From: Candidatus Anstonellaceae archaeon
GTDB lineage: Archaea > Micrarchaeota > Micrarchaeia > Anstonellales > Anstonellaceae
Direction: 5' to 3'
DNA: 64,000 bases
Assembly: GCA_038891055.1 (NCBI GenBank)
Contig: JAWAEU010000001.1
Coordinates: forward strand, 1,475-65,474
Made by a program: the position numbers and the translations under genes
Notes under the pieces: model-generated
The model's input: the letters and a program-made list of their open reading frames with translations, nothing else
Told to the model about the DNA's origin: nothing
The model's database searches: none
Part shown: piece by piece, positions 36,872 through 45,642 of the stretch
Layout: the number at the start of each line of letters is the position of its first letter
Position numbering within the stretch: the first letter of the stretch is position 1

Positions 36872-38632
36872 ATGTCAATTCGCTCTCCTATTGTATGTAT
36901 TTTAGCTCATGTAGACCATGGGAAAACCTCTTTGTTAGATTATATTAGAGGTAGTGCGATTGCAAAAAAAGAACCAGGAGCTATTACCCAAATGATTGGT
37001 GCTTATTATCTACCTAGAAATACAATTATAAAACTAAGTGGTGAACTTGGTCAGAAAGTAGAAAACACTCTAAAAGTGCCAGGTATTTTATTTATCGATA
37101 CTCCTGGCCATGAGGCTTTTACTTCTATGCGACAGAGGGGAGGTTCAATCTCAGATATTGCTATTTTAGTTATTGATATTACCCAAGGGATACAAAAACA
37201 GACAATTGAATCTGTGCAAATATTACTTAGATCTAAAGTGCCCTTTTTAGTAGCATTAAATAAAGTAGATCTAATTTATGGATGGAAGCCACAGCCGACT
37301 ACATCGATTTTAAAATCTATTGAAAAGCAATCTCAAAAAACTATCGAGTATTTAGAAGAAAAAACTTATTCGATTTTAGGAGAATTGACTAATTTTAATA
37401 TAAAGGTGGAGAGGTTCGACAGAGTTAAAGACTTTACAAAAGAAATAGTAGCGATCCCTTGCTCTGCAAAAACAGGCGAGGGAACTGCGGAACTACTACT
37501 CTATCTCTCCGGGCTAACTCAAAAATATCTTGCCTCCTCTCTTTCTCTAAAAACAGATGGGCCTGCAAAAGGCTCAATATTAGAGGTAAAGGAGGAAAAA
37601 GGTTTAGGGACCACAATAGATGTAATAATCTACGAAGGCAAACTCAAAAAAAATAGTTTAATTGCTTTTGCCTCTCTCTCTGGCCCACTAAAAACAAAGA
37701 TTAGGGGTATTTTTAGACCTCCAACTAACCAAGAAAAAATAGAATCTCAAAAATTAGTTTCTGTAGATGAGGTTGTTGCTGCTGCAGGAGTAAAAATTTA
37801 TGCACAAAATTTAGAAGGTGCATTAGCAGGATCCCCACTATACTCAATAGAAAATGAAAGGGATTTTGAGGAGATTTCTAAAGAGATTTCTAAAACCATT
37901 AGCGATATCTTAATAAAAAAGTCTGACTTTTTAGGAGTTATTGTAAAAACAGATACCCTGGGTTCTGCAGAAGCTTTTTTAAATCTTTTAAATTCAAAAA
38001 ATATAGCTGTTAGAGAAGTTGGAATTGGACCGATCACAAAAAAGGATATAATAGAGGCTGCAGCTGTTTCTAACTTAGACAGATATTTGGGAGTTATTCT
38101 AGCATTTAATGTTGACCTTCCAAAAGAGGTAGAAGAAGAGGCTAAAAGGCGTTCAATAAAAATCTTTAATTCAAAAGTTATTTTTGAATCTTTTGAAAAC
38201 TATCTTTCTTGGCTAGAGGAGGAAAAAGAAAAGCAAAAATTGCAGATTCTCTGCTCTGTCTCTTATCCTGTAAAATTAAAAATTTTACCTCAATGTTTTT
38301 TTAGATTGTGCAAACCAGCAATCTTTGGAGTGGAGGTTTTAGCTGGAAAACTAAAACCAAAGTCTGTTTTAGTTAAAGCAGATGGTACCATCATTGGAGA
38401 GGTAAAAAGTATTCAAAATCAAGGCCAGAGTGTTTTGGAGGCAAAGGCAGGAGAAAAAGTTGCTATAGCAATAGATGATTGTTATTGTGGAAGGACTATA
38501 AAAGAATTAGATATTCTCTTTAGCTACATTAGCCCAGCACAACAAGAGGAAATAAAGAAGCATTGTTTAGATATGCTCACAAAGGAAGAACTTTTAGTTT
38601 TAGAAGAAATAGAAAAAATTATAAAAAAATAA
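36872..38632 (+). CDS. infB: Translation initiation factor aIF5B (IF-2 homologue)
   Basis: G1 AHVDHGKTSLLD, G3 DTPGHEAF and G4 NKVD, followed by beta-barrel domains. 586 aa, no intein. Confidence 0.9.
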   Translation: MSIRSPIVCILAHVDHGKTSLLDYIRGSAIAKKEPGAITQMIGAYYLPRNTIIKLSGELGQKVENTLKVPGILFIDTPGHEAFTSMRQRGGSISDIAILVIDITQGIQKQTIESVQILLRSKVPFLVALNKVDLIYGWKPQPTTSILKSIEKQSQKTIEYLEEKTYSILGELTNFNIKVERFDRVKDFTKEIVAIPCSAKTGEGTAELLLYLSGLTQKYLASSLSLKTDGPAKGSILEVKEEKGLGTTIDVIIYEGKLKKNSLIAFASLSGPLKTKIRGIFRPPTNQEKIESQKLVSVDEVVAAAGVKIYAQNLEGALAGSPLYSIENERDFEEISKEISKTISDILIKKSDFLGVIVKTDTLGSAEAFLNLLNSKNIAVREVGIGPITKKDIIEAAAVSNLDRYLGVILAFNVDLPKEVEEEAKRRSIKIFNSKVIFESFENYLSWLEEEKEKQKLQILCSVSYPVKLKILPQCFFRLCKPAIFGVEVLAGKLKPKSVLVKADGTIIGEVKSIQNQGQSVLEAKAGEKVAIAIDDCYCGRTIKELDILFSYISPAQQEEIKKHCLDMLTKEELLVLEEIEKIIKK

Positions 38633-38634
38633 TT

Positions 38635-39153
38635 TTATTGGTTTTTTGCGATTTTTCCAAATTTTTTATATGGTTTTTGAGTAGGCTGTGCGGTGTAAGA
38701 AAGACAGATTTGACTAATTCGCATTCCGCTGTACAATTTAATAGAATAAGGTGCAAAATTTACTATCTCTAATACTTGCCTGTTAGAACATCCTGGCTGA
38801 ACTAAAGAAGAAGTAACATGTACTGCTAATCCAATTCGAGCATATCTACTTCTGCCCTCCAACCTGCCCATTATATTTGGAGCTAGAGTTATCTTCTCTT
38901 TTGTCACTCCAAGACAAAGTTGGCTTGGTGCAAGGACTACTGAATTAGCAGTTATTTTTTGAAAAATGTCTTTTGACTCTATTTTCTTTAAATCTACTAA
39001 CTTGTTTTCAAATTCTTTTTTTATAAACCAAAATTCATTGGATAGGGTTAGATCGATAGAGCCTGATCCTATCTGATCCTTTTTAAGTCTTGGCTCTATT
39101 TTAATATTGCCATTTTTTATTTCTTTTAGTATGTCTTTGTCTGAAAGTTGCAC
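38635..39153 (-). CDS. dcd: dCTP deaminase
   Basis: LSDKDILKEIKNGNIKIEP…GSGSIDLTLSNEFWF…GRSRYARIGLAVHVTSSLVQPGC aligns to E. coli Dcd MRLCDRDIEAWLDEGRLSI…VDVRLGNKF… Probable GTG start at 39153; the track's upstream ATG at 39288 would overlap the divergent gene. Confidence 0.7.
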   Translation of the reverse strand: MQLSDKDILKEIKNGNIKIEPRLKKDQIGSGSIDLTLSNEFWFIKKEFENKLVDLKKIESKDIFQKITANSVVLAPSQLCLGVTKEKITLAPNIMGRLEGRSRYARIGLAVHVTSSLVQPGCSNRQVLEIVNFAPYSIKLYSGMRISQICLSYTAQPTQKPYKKFGKIAKNQ

Positions 39154-39234
39154 AAATAACTTATAATAAATACTTTTAAATAACTTATCCAAAGTTATAA
39201 AATCTTTTTTTACTATAATTATAATAGTGATTGA

Positions 39235-40026
39235 ATGGTAAAGTTTGATAGAAAAAAATTTCTCAAAAAAGCAGAAGAGGGAGTGCAAAAAGAACTATCT
39301 TCTCCTGACCACCTAATTATTCAAACAGTTAATGCCTTGGATGAGCTAAATAAGATATTCAACCTATGCTTTGAGAGGGTGAGTGAATGGTATGCCATTC
39401 ACTTTCCAGAATTGAAATTAAAAGAACCTAAAAAATATCTACTTGTAGCAAGTTTTTTTAACAGAAAAAATCCAAGTAAAGAAAAATTAGAAGAAATTTT
39501 AGGGCAGCAGGCAAGCAGTGTTTTACAACTTTCAAAAAATTCAGTTGGAGTTATTTTAGATGACGAGGACTTTGAACCTATTAAAGAATATGCTCTTTTA
39601 GGTTTAGAGATCTATGATAAAAAAGAAAAATTAGAAAACTATCTAAAAAAACTTACAAAGAGAGTTGCACCAAACTTGGCTTATTTGTGTGGAGAAATTT
39701 TAGCTGCAAGATTAATAGAAAAAGCAGGTGGATTGAATAAATTGGCAACTTTTCCATCTTCTACTATCCAAGTTTTAGGGGCAGAAAAAGCTTTGTTCAA
39801 ACATTTAAAGTCAGGATCTCCCCCTCCAAAACATGGTATCATATTTCAACACCCCTCTATTAGTGGAACTTCTAAAAAACTTAGAGGAAAAATAGCTAGG
39901 ACCTTAGCCTCTAAAATAGCAATAGCTGCAAAGGCAGATGCTTTCTCAAAGCAATTTATTGCTCAAAAACTCAAAGAAAAATTTGACCAAAGGATAAAAA
40001 ATATTTTAAATAAAGGTGGTGGATGA
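39235..40026 (+). CDS. Nop-domain protein (Nop5/Nop56/58 family), short form lacking the usual N-terminal domain
   Basis: LCGEILAARLIEKAGGLNKLATFPSSTIQVLGAEKALFKHLKSGSPPPKHGIIFQHPSISGTSKKLRGKIARTLASKIAIAAKADAF is a clear Nop (snoRNP) domain. Only 263 aa. Confidence 0.65.
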   Translation: MVKFDRKKFLKKAEEGVQKELSSPDHLIIQTVNALDELNKIFNLCFERVSEWYAIHFPELKLKEPKKYLLVASFFNRKNPSKEKLEEILGQQASSVLQLSKNSVGVILDDEDFEPIKEYALLGLEIYDKKEKLENYLKKLTKRVAPNLAYLCGEILAARLIEKAGGLNKLATFPSSTIQVLGAEKALFKHLKSGSPPPKHGIIFQHPSISGTSKKLRGKIARTLASKIAIAAKADAFSKQFIAQKLKEKFDQRIKNILNKGGG

Positions 40027-40029
40027 GGT

Positions 40030-40665
40030 ATGTATAAATTTTTAGCTTTTTCAGACATCCATGCTAGCGAGGAGGCTTTAGACGCACTAAGAAGAATTAG
40101 TGCTAGAGAGAATTTTGATGCTGTGCTTTGTGTTGGAGATATTACCAACAGAGGACCAGTAGCATATGCACGTGAACTTATTGGGTTATTTGAAAATTTT
40201 TATTTTGTGCATGGAAATATGGATAGTCCAAATGTAATAGACGAAATCCGCAATCATCCAGGATATATTCATGGCAAGAAAGTAAAATTTAATGAATGGA
40301 ATTTTGTTGGATTAGGTGGCTCTAATCCAACTCCATTTTCAACTCCTTCTGAATACTCAGAACGACAAATAGAAGATATTTTAAACATAACAGAAGCTGA
40401 CTATAACTCTATTGTGTTGAGCCATCCCCCTCCAAAAGGAATTTTTGATTTGGTTGGTGAGGGGCAACATGTAGGTAGTGCTGCGGTGCTCAATTTTATA
40501 AAAAAAGTAAAACCACTAATGCTTATTTGCGGGCATATTCATGAAAATGTAGGTCAAAAAATAGTAGATGAAACATTAGTTGTAAAACTTCCAGCTGCAG
40601 AGAATCTAAAGGCTGCAAAAATAACTATTTCAAATAATATAAAGGTAGAATTTTTTTCACTATAA
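40030..40665 (+). CDS. Metallophosphoesterase (calcineurin-like, YfcE/MJ0936-type)
   Basis: FSDIHAS, CVGDITNRG, VHGNMD and ICGHIHEN match the phosphoesterase motifs D-x-H / GD / GNH(D/E) / GHxH. Confidence 0.7.
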   Translation: MYKFLAFSDIHASEEALDALRRISARENFDAVLCVGDITNRGPVAYARELIGLFENFYFVHGNMDSPNVIDEIRNHPGYIHGKKVKFNEWNFVGLGGSNPTPFSTPSEYSERQIEDILNITEADYNSIVLSHPPPKGIFDLVGEGQHVGSAAVLNFIKKVKPLMLICGHIHENVGQKIVDETLVVKLPAAENLKAAKITISNNIKVEFFSL

Positions 40666-40668
40666 TTT

Positions 40669-41226
40669 TTATTTAAGCTCTTTTATAGCAATTCCAATAG
40701 CAATTAGATTTACCATTGAGCCAATTATAGCTTCAATAAGTGCAGCTATCTGAGAGTATGGTTTTGTTGGTATTATATCGCCATACCCAATTGTAAAATA
40801 AGTAACCCCACTAAAATAAAAAACATCTCTTTCAAGGTCTTTGTTTTTTTCCCAAACTTTATATAACGCCCATTCTTTTTCTATTATCTTTTCGTCGATA
40901 TAATAGAATAGGCCAAAACACAATATGATTGAAATAGTTAAAAACAAATAATTTTCTATTAATACAAAAATGCTTTTTTGTTTTTGTCCTATTAATTCTA
41001 TGAATAATAGGATTGCTAATGACATGATAAAAAAAATAATAAAAACAACTGCAAACAAATTTCCCAAAAGGTCTTTAAGAAAATTTGGGGCCAAAAGTAT
41101 CCCGATCAAAATCAATCCTATAGATATTTTTGCTACTAAATAAATTAAAGAAGTATTTTTTTGAAGAAGATCTAAAAACATGAAAAAAGTATTTTCTTTT
41201 CTTTCTTTCTCATCAATTGCTTTCAC
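40669..41226 (-). CDS. Small ion-channel protein with K+ channel selectivity-filter motif
   Basis: VTYFTIGYGDIIPT (TxGYGD) flanked by TM helices. 185 aa. Confidence 0.55.
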   Translation of the reverse strand: MKAIDEKERKENTFFMFLDLLQKNTSLIYLVAKISIGLILIGILLAPNFLKDLLGNLFAVVFIIFFIMSLAILLFIELIGQKQKSIFVLIENYLFLTISIILCFGLFYYIDEKIIEKEWALYKVWEKNKDLERDVFYFSGVTYFTIGYGDIIPTKPYSQIAALIEAIIGSMVNLIAIGIAIKELK

Positions 41227-41276
41227 ATAAAATTTATTTTAAAAATGTTTTTAAATATCACTCTTTTTATTTTTTT

Positions 41277-42233
41277 ATGAACTTATTTTTACTTTTAGGA
41301 TTTTTTTTAGGGTTTGTATTGTTAATTAAGGGGGCTGACTTTCTTATAAGAGGAGGAGTAAGTTTAGCTAAAAAATTAAGAGTTTCAGATATGTTTATTG
41401 GCTTAACCTTGATATCAATAGGCACCTCCCTCCCTGAATTATTTGTTTCGGTTTCTGCTAATAATCATTCTAACTTTGACATATTATTAGGAAACATATT
41501 AGGCAGCAATATAGCAAATATTTTATTAGTTTTAGGTTTGGGGGCTTTTTTTAGAAAAATAATTTTAGAACATAACACTGTTTGGAAAGAAATACCATTT
41601 TCTTTAATTGCAACATTAGTACTTTTTATAATAGCAAACGACATTATATTCAATAATGATCGGTTGAACAGAATTACTTTTTCAGATGGATTGATATTGA
41701 TTTTTTTTTATGTGGTTTTTGTTTATTATCTTTTAAGTGAAAAACACTATAAAGAAGTAGATAACCTTCCAACAGACTTAGTAGAATGGAAAGTGGCTAT
41801 ATTTTTAGTGATAGTTGGTATTTTGATGCTAAACTTAGGGGGAGAATTAGTAGTGAACGGTGCTATTTATATAGCTAACATTTTAGGAGTTTCTCAAGCT
41901 TTTGTTGGACTCACCATAATTGCTATAGGTACTTCTATCCCAGAACTTGTAACAAGTTTGGTAGCCTTAATAAAGAGAAATCAATCTATAGCTGTAGGAA
42001 ATGCAGTTGGCTCATGTATTGTAAATATATTTTTAGTTTTAGGATTATCTGCTCTAAAAAGAGAGATTATATACTCTTCACTTAGAAATGCAGATTTGTT
42101 CATGGCGTTTGTTTCCTCTTTTGTCCTTCTTATAGCTTCTCTAATAAAAAAAGACAAAATGGTTTTAGACAGATTTGAAGGATTTTTCTTTTTGGTTTTG
42201 TATGTTTTATATATAATCTTCCTTATTTATTGA
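41277..42233 (+). CDS. Na+/Ca2+ exchanger family (CaCA, YrbG-like) membrane protein
   Basis: Two alpha-repeats: GADFLIRGGVSLAKKLRVSDMFIGLTLISIGTSLPELFVS and GLTIIAIGTSIPELVTS. ATG at 41277 preferred; the track start at 41217 is TTG. Confidence 0.75.
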   Translation: MNLFLLLGFFLGFVLLIKGADFLIRGGVSLAKKLRVSDMFIGLTLISIGTSLPELFVSVSANNHSNFDILLGNILGSNIANILLVLGLGAFFRKIILEHNTVWKEIPFSLIATLVLFIIANDIIFNNDRLNRITFSDGLILIFFYVVFVYYLLSEKHYKEVDNLPTDLVEWKVAIFLVIVGILMLNLGGELVVNGAIYIANILGVSQAFVGLTIIAIGTSIPELVTSLVALIKRNQSIAVGNAVGSCIVNIFLVLGLSALKREIIYSSLRNADLFMAFVSSFVLLIASLIKKDKMVLDRFEGFFFLVLYVLYIIFLIY

Positions 42234-42248
42234 ATCAAAAATTTGAAG

Positions 42249-42321
42249 TGGGGGGACCGAGATTTGAACTCGGATCGCCAGCTCCCAAAGCTGGTATCAT
42301 ACCAGGTTAGACCATCCCCCC
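42249..42321 (-). tRNA. tRNA-Pro (anticodon TGG)
   Basis: Reverse strand GGGGGGA-TG-GTCT…CCAGC-TTTGGGA-GCTGG-CGATC-CGAGTTCAAATCTCGG-TCCCCCC-A shows the T-loop and acceptor stem. The D-stem has one G-U and one U•U. Confidence 0.7.
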
Positions 42322-42391
42322 TTTTTGCTTGCCTATTTTGAGTTTTAATAGAAATTAAAAATTAAAATCAATAAATATATAAATATTTATT

Positions 42392-43339
42392 ATGCCACTG
42401 GATTTAAAAACTGGTAGTCTTGCCCTTGCCCCAATGGCAGGATATACTAACTATGCATTTAGATTTTTAGAGGGCAGATATGGAGCAGATGTAACTTTTA
42501 GTGAATTTATATCGGCTGAAGAGCTTATTAGGTTAAAAGAGGAAAACAAAATACTAGATCTTTTAAAAGTACCAGCGAACTCTATTAGTGGAATCCAATT
42601 ATTTGGTTCAAATTCAGATACATTTAGAGAAGTTTTAAAACTTATAGAAGAATATAATTCTTCTTATTGTTTAGGGATAAAATTTATAGATCTCAATTTA
42701 GGTTGTCCCGCACAAAAAATTTTAAAAACAGGTGCAGGTGCCTCTCTTTTATATAATAAAACAAAACTTCAAGAAATAGCAAAAGTTTTTTGTAAGTACT
42801 CCTCTATTCCACACAGTGCAAAATTAAGAATTTTGGAAAATGAAGATAAATTTTTTGAAATTTGTGAATTGCTTATAAAAAACAACTTTTCATTTTTATC
42901 AGTGCACTGTAGAACTAAAAATCAAAAATTTTCACAACCCCCAAAATGGGAGATTTGCAAAAAAATAAAGGAAAAACTAGACATTTTTGTTTTTGCAAAT
43001 GGATCTATTTCTTCTGCTCAAGATGTCAATTTTATTTTAAAAAATTTTTCAGATGGAGTTATGATAGGGAGAAAAGCCCTATTAAACCCATTTATTTTTT
43101 TAGAGGCAAAGGGTTATCCTAAAGCTGAGAATATCAATAACTTAAAAAATAAGATAAAATTCTTAAAAGAATATATAAACTTGATAGATGAGAGCCAATT
43201 TTTGTATGCAAAAAATTTAAGTCTAAAACTTTTTAGGAATTTTAAAAAAGCCACTATTATAAGACAAAAAATAACTCTTGCAGCAAATCTCAAGGACCTT
43301 ATAGATATTATTGAGGCTGGTCATGAGGCTTTTGAATAG
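42392..43339 (+). CDS. tRNA-dihydrouridine synthase (Dus family)
   Basis: LAPMAGYTNYAFRFL, FIDLNLGCPAQKILKTGAGASLL (DxNxGCP) and the catalytic-Cys region SVHCRT. Confidence 0.8.
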   Translation: MPLDLKTGSLALAPMAGYTNYAFRFLEGRYGADVTFSEFISAEELIRLKEENKILDLLKVPANSISGIQLFGSNSDTFREVLKLIEEYNSSYCLGIKFIDLNLGCPAQKILKTGAGASLLYNKTKLQEIAKVFCKYSSIPHSAKLRILENEDKFFEICELLIKNNFSFLSVHCRTKNQKFSQPPKWEICKKIKEKLDIFVFANGSISSAQDVNFILKNFSDGVMIGRKALLNPFIFLEAKGYPKAENINNLKNKIKFLKEYINLIDESQFLYAKNLSLKLFRNFKKATIIRQKITLAANLKDLIDIIEAGHEAFE

Positions 43340-43979
43340 GTGGGGGTCTTTGTTTAGTTTCTTCAATTTGTTCTTTTATGATCTCCAAATCAAAAAACTT
43401 AAAGTCACATTTTTTCATTTTCTTAAAAAAAGAAATTTTTTCATCTTCCTCCTTTTTTTGATTTAAAAAATAATCTAAACTTACCCAAATGCTAAACCAA
43501 CCAAGTGGAAGTATGAGATTTGCACCGATAACTATTAGGCTATCTTGTTGATATTCTATATTTAGGTAAGTAGACAAAAACAATATAACAAGCCCGCTAA
43601 CTAAATATAAGAGGTGTCTATTGTCTTTGTGTTTTATTTTATTTTCTAATTGTTTTAATTCTGAATCAAAATATTCCCTTATTCTTTTTTTTATGTTTGC
43701 TTCTATTTTCAAATTTCTTTTCTCTTTTGGTAGATAAAACGCCACTTCAAATTCTCCTTTTGGGGTCTCTCGTATTCTCTTTTTTAGCTCTACTATAAAG
43801 TCATCAGAAACCTGCCTTTTTATATAAGGCCTTGGATCAAAATCAGAAAAAATATCACCATAGTCATCCAACCACAGCCCAAATTGATAAATTTGTCTTT
43901 CGGTTGGATTTTGAACTAATTCTTCTTGATTTTTTTGCTCTTTTTCTATTTTCTCCTTTTGCATCATTTTTAATTTCAA
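43308..43979 (-). CDS. Hypothetical membrane protein (cytoplasmic N-domain + 2 TM)
   Basis: 223-aa ORF. Overlaps the upstream 571-aa ORF by ~116 nt and the Dus gene by 32 nt, so the start is uncertain. Confidence 0.4.
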   Translation of the reverse strand: MKLKMMQKEKIEKEQKNQEELVQNPTERQIYQFGLWLDDYGDIFSDFDPRPYIKRQVSDDFIVELKKRIRETPKGEFEVAFYLPKEKRNLKIEANIKKRIREYFDSELKQLENKIKHKDNRHLLYLVSGLVILFLSTYLNIEYQQDSLIVIGANLILPLGWFSIWVSLDYFLNQKKEEDEKISFFKKMKKCDFKFFDLEIIKEQIEETKQRPPPIQKPHDQPQ

Positions 43980-45579
43980 CCTCTCTTTGCTTATATATCT
44001 TTCTATTTGAAAATCTTAACATTATTTTTGTTTTTTCTACTTTTTTATAATTTAGTGTATATTTAAGAGGCACTATTATAGTGTAGTTATTAGAAAAAAA
44101 TTTTATTCTATTTCTCTCTATTTTCGACGTTTTTGTTATTTTTTTATTTTCTTTTCTTTTTTTGAGTGAAATTATTTTTAAATTTAAAAAATTTTTATTA
44201 ACATCACTTAGAATGCTAGAGGTATTTTTAATTTTTTTATTACTATCTTTTTTTGATAAGCGTGTGATTTTTTGGCTGCTTTTAAATTCTTTTTTTGTTT
44301 TTTTAAGAGGTACTTTTTTTTCTTTTATTTCTATTTCTTTTCTATTTTCTAAGTTATTTATAAAATCCAACTTTTGTTTTTTAAATACTGCAAGATTATT
44401 TTGTTTAATATAGTAGGTTTGGCCAATAGAGCTTTTTAGTTCACAGTTTTTTAATTTAAATTCATTCTCTGTGTTTGTTTTATTATTTGCCTCTATTTTA
44501 TCATTATTAAAACTTAGATTTTTAGCTATAATTTGCTGTGAGTTTATTTTATGATTATAGAAGTGGGATATAGCAGTATAAAATTCGAGGTTGCTTTGAG
44601 TAGAGTTTTTAGTTGAGGAGGTAATTTCAAATTTATTATAATCGGCTTTGTTATAATTAATTTTAGGTTGAAATGTTTTATTAATAAAACTTTTTTCCAG
44701 AGAAGTGTTTTGTTTTTTTGGCCCTATATAATTTTTATTATTTTTAAATGGAGAGGATAGTGGGTGAGAATATAAAATTTTTGGGAATATTGAAACATTT
44801 AGTAAATAGAGATACTTTTTGATGTTTTTTATAGTGTTAAAAAAAATGAGTTCGGGGGTGTCTTTGTCTAAATGAAATCTGTTTTTGTTATATGGTAAAA
44901 AAGTCCCTCTGTTGTTTTTTATTCCAAAATTTTGTAAATAAGTTGTTATTTGCTCATTTATAGTAGTTTGAAATTTTTTGTCATTTAAAATATAGCTTAG
45001 TTTTACATCTGGAAGCTTGACAATACTAATTAGAGATGAATCGATTTTATAGCTATTTTTTACATCCTCTTTGTAATTAGTATATTTTACAATTAGTTTT
45101 AATTCTTTTTTGAAAATAAGATCCACTATTATGTTCTCTAATCCTGGCCTATACTCTAAATTACCATAATTGCAGGTTATAAAATGTGCTTTGTTTCCAT
45201 TCAACAAATAAACTTCAAAACCACAACCACTCTCCCCATCTCTATAATCCTGAAAATACTCCATTTTATAATTTTTATATTTCAGCTCGTTTTCAAAGGA
45301 AGCCTTTCCTTCATACAATTTTATAAATTCATTTTCATATCCTTGCAGCATTGCCCCATAATTTGTCTGCCCAACTTTAAATTTTTGGTGATTTTTGAAT
45401 CCTTCAATTAGTTTTTGCCCCATCTGCAACTCAAGCCGTTCTATTCCAACTAACTCATTGTTCAAACCTCTCACTTCTACTAAGACTTCAATTTTTTTAA
45501 AATCATTAATCCTTTTTTCTATACTACCAAAAGCGTTTTTGATTAACCTAGGTATTCCTCCCATTCGCACACCATGCAA
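43864..45579 (-). CDS. Hypothetical protein with a Cys-containing globular N-terminal region and a long K/N-rich C-terminal tail
   Basis: 571-aa ORF. The first ~250 aa (…DGESGCGFEVYLLNGNKAHFITCNYGNLEYRPG…) look like a folded domain; the remainder is low-complexity. Confidence 0.45.
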   Translation of the reverse strand: MHGVRMGGIPRLIKNAFGSIEKRINDFKKIEVLVEVRGLNNELVGIERLELQMGQKLIEGFKNHQKFKVGQTNYGAMLQGYENEFIKLYEGKASFENELKYKNYKMEYFQDYRDGESGCGFEVYLLNGNKAHFITCNYGNLEYRPGLENIIVDLIFKKELKLIVKYTNYKEDVKNSYKIDSSLISIVKLPDVKLSYILNDKKFQTTINEQITTYLQNFGIKNNRGTFLPYNKNRFHLDKDTPELIFFNTIKNIKKYLYLLNVSIFPKILYSHPLSSPFKNNKNYIGPKKQNTSLEKSFINKTFQPKINYNKADYNKFEITSSTKNSTQSNLEFYTAISHFYNHKINSQQIIAKNLSFNNDKIEANNKTNTENEFKLKNCELKSSIGQTYYIKQNNLAVFKKQKLDFINNLENRKEIEIKEKKVPLKKTKKEFKSSQKITRLSKKDSNKKIKNTSSILSDVNKNFLNLKIISLKKRKENKKITKTSKIERNRIKFFSNNYTIIVPLKYTLNYKKVEKTKIMLRFSNRKIYKQREVEIKNDAKGENRKRAKKSRRISSKSNRKTNLSIWAVVG

Positions 45580-45642
45580 AAATTTTAGGAAAGATAAATT
45601 TAAAATTAATTGCCTTTTATATAATTTTGTAAAGGTGTTGGA

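Noticed and set aside
2904-38632. Checked radA, GlyRS and aIF5B for inteins
   Set aside because: Product lengths (340, 492 and 586 aa) are canonical and motif spacing is uninterrupted, so no intein insertion is apparent.
40669-42233. Considered whether the K+ channel-like gene and the divergent CaCA exchanger form an unusual coupled system
   Set aside because: These are common, independently occurring transporters. The divergent arrangement and the TTG-start overlap disappear when the exchanger's ATG at 41277 is used.
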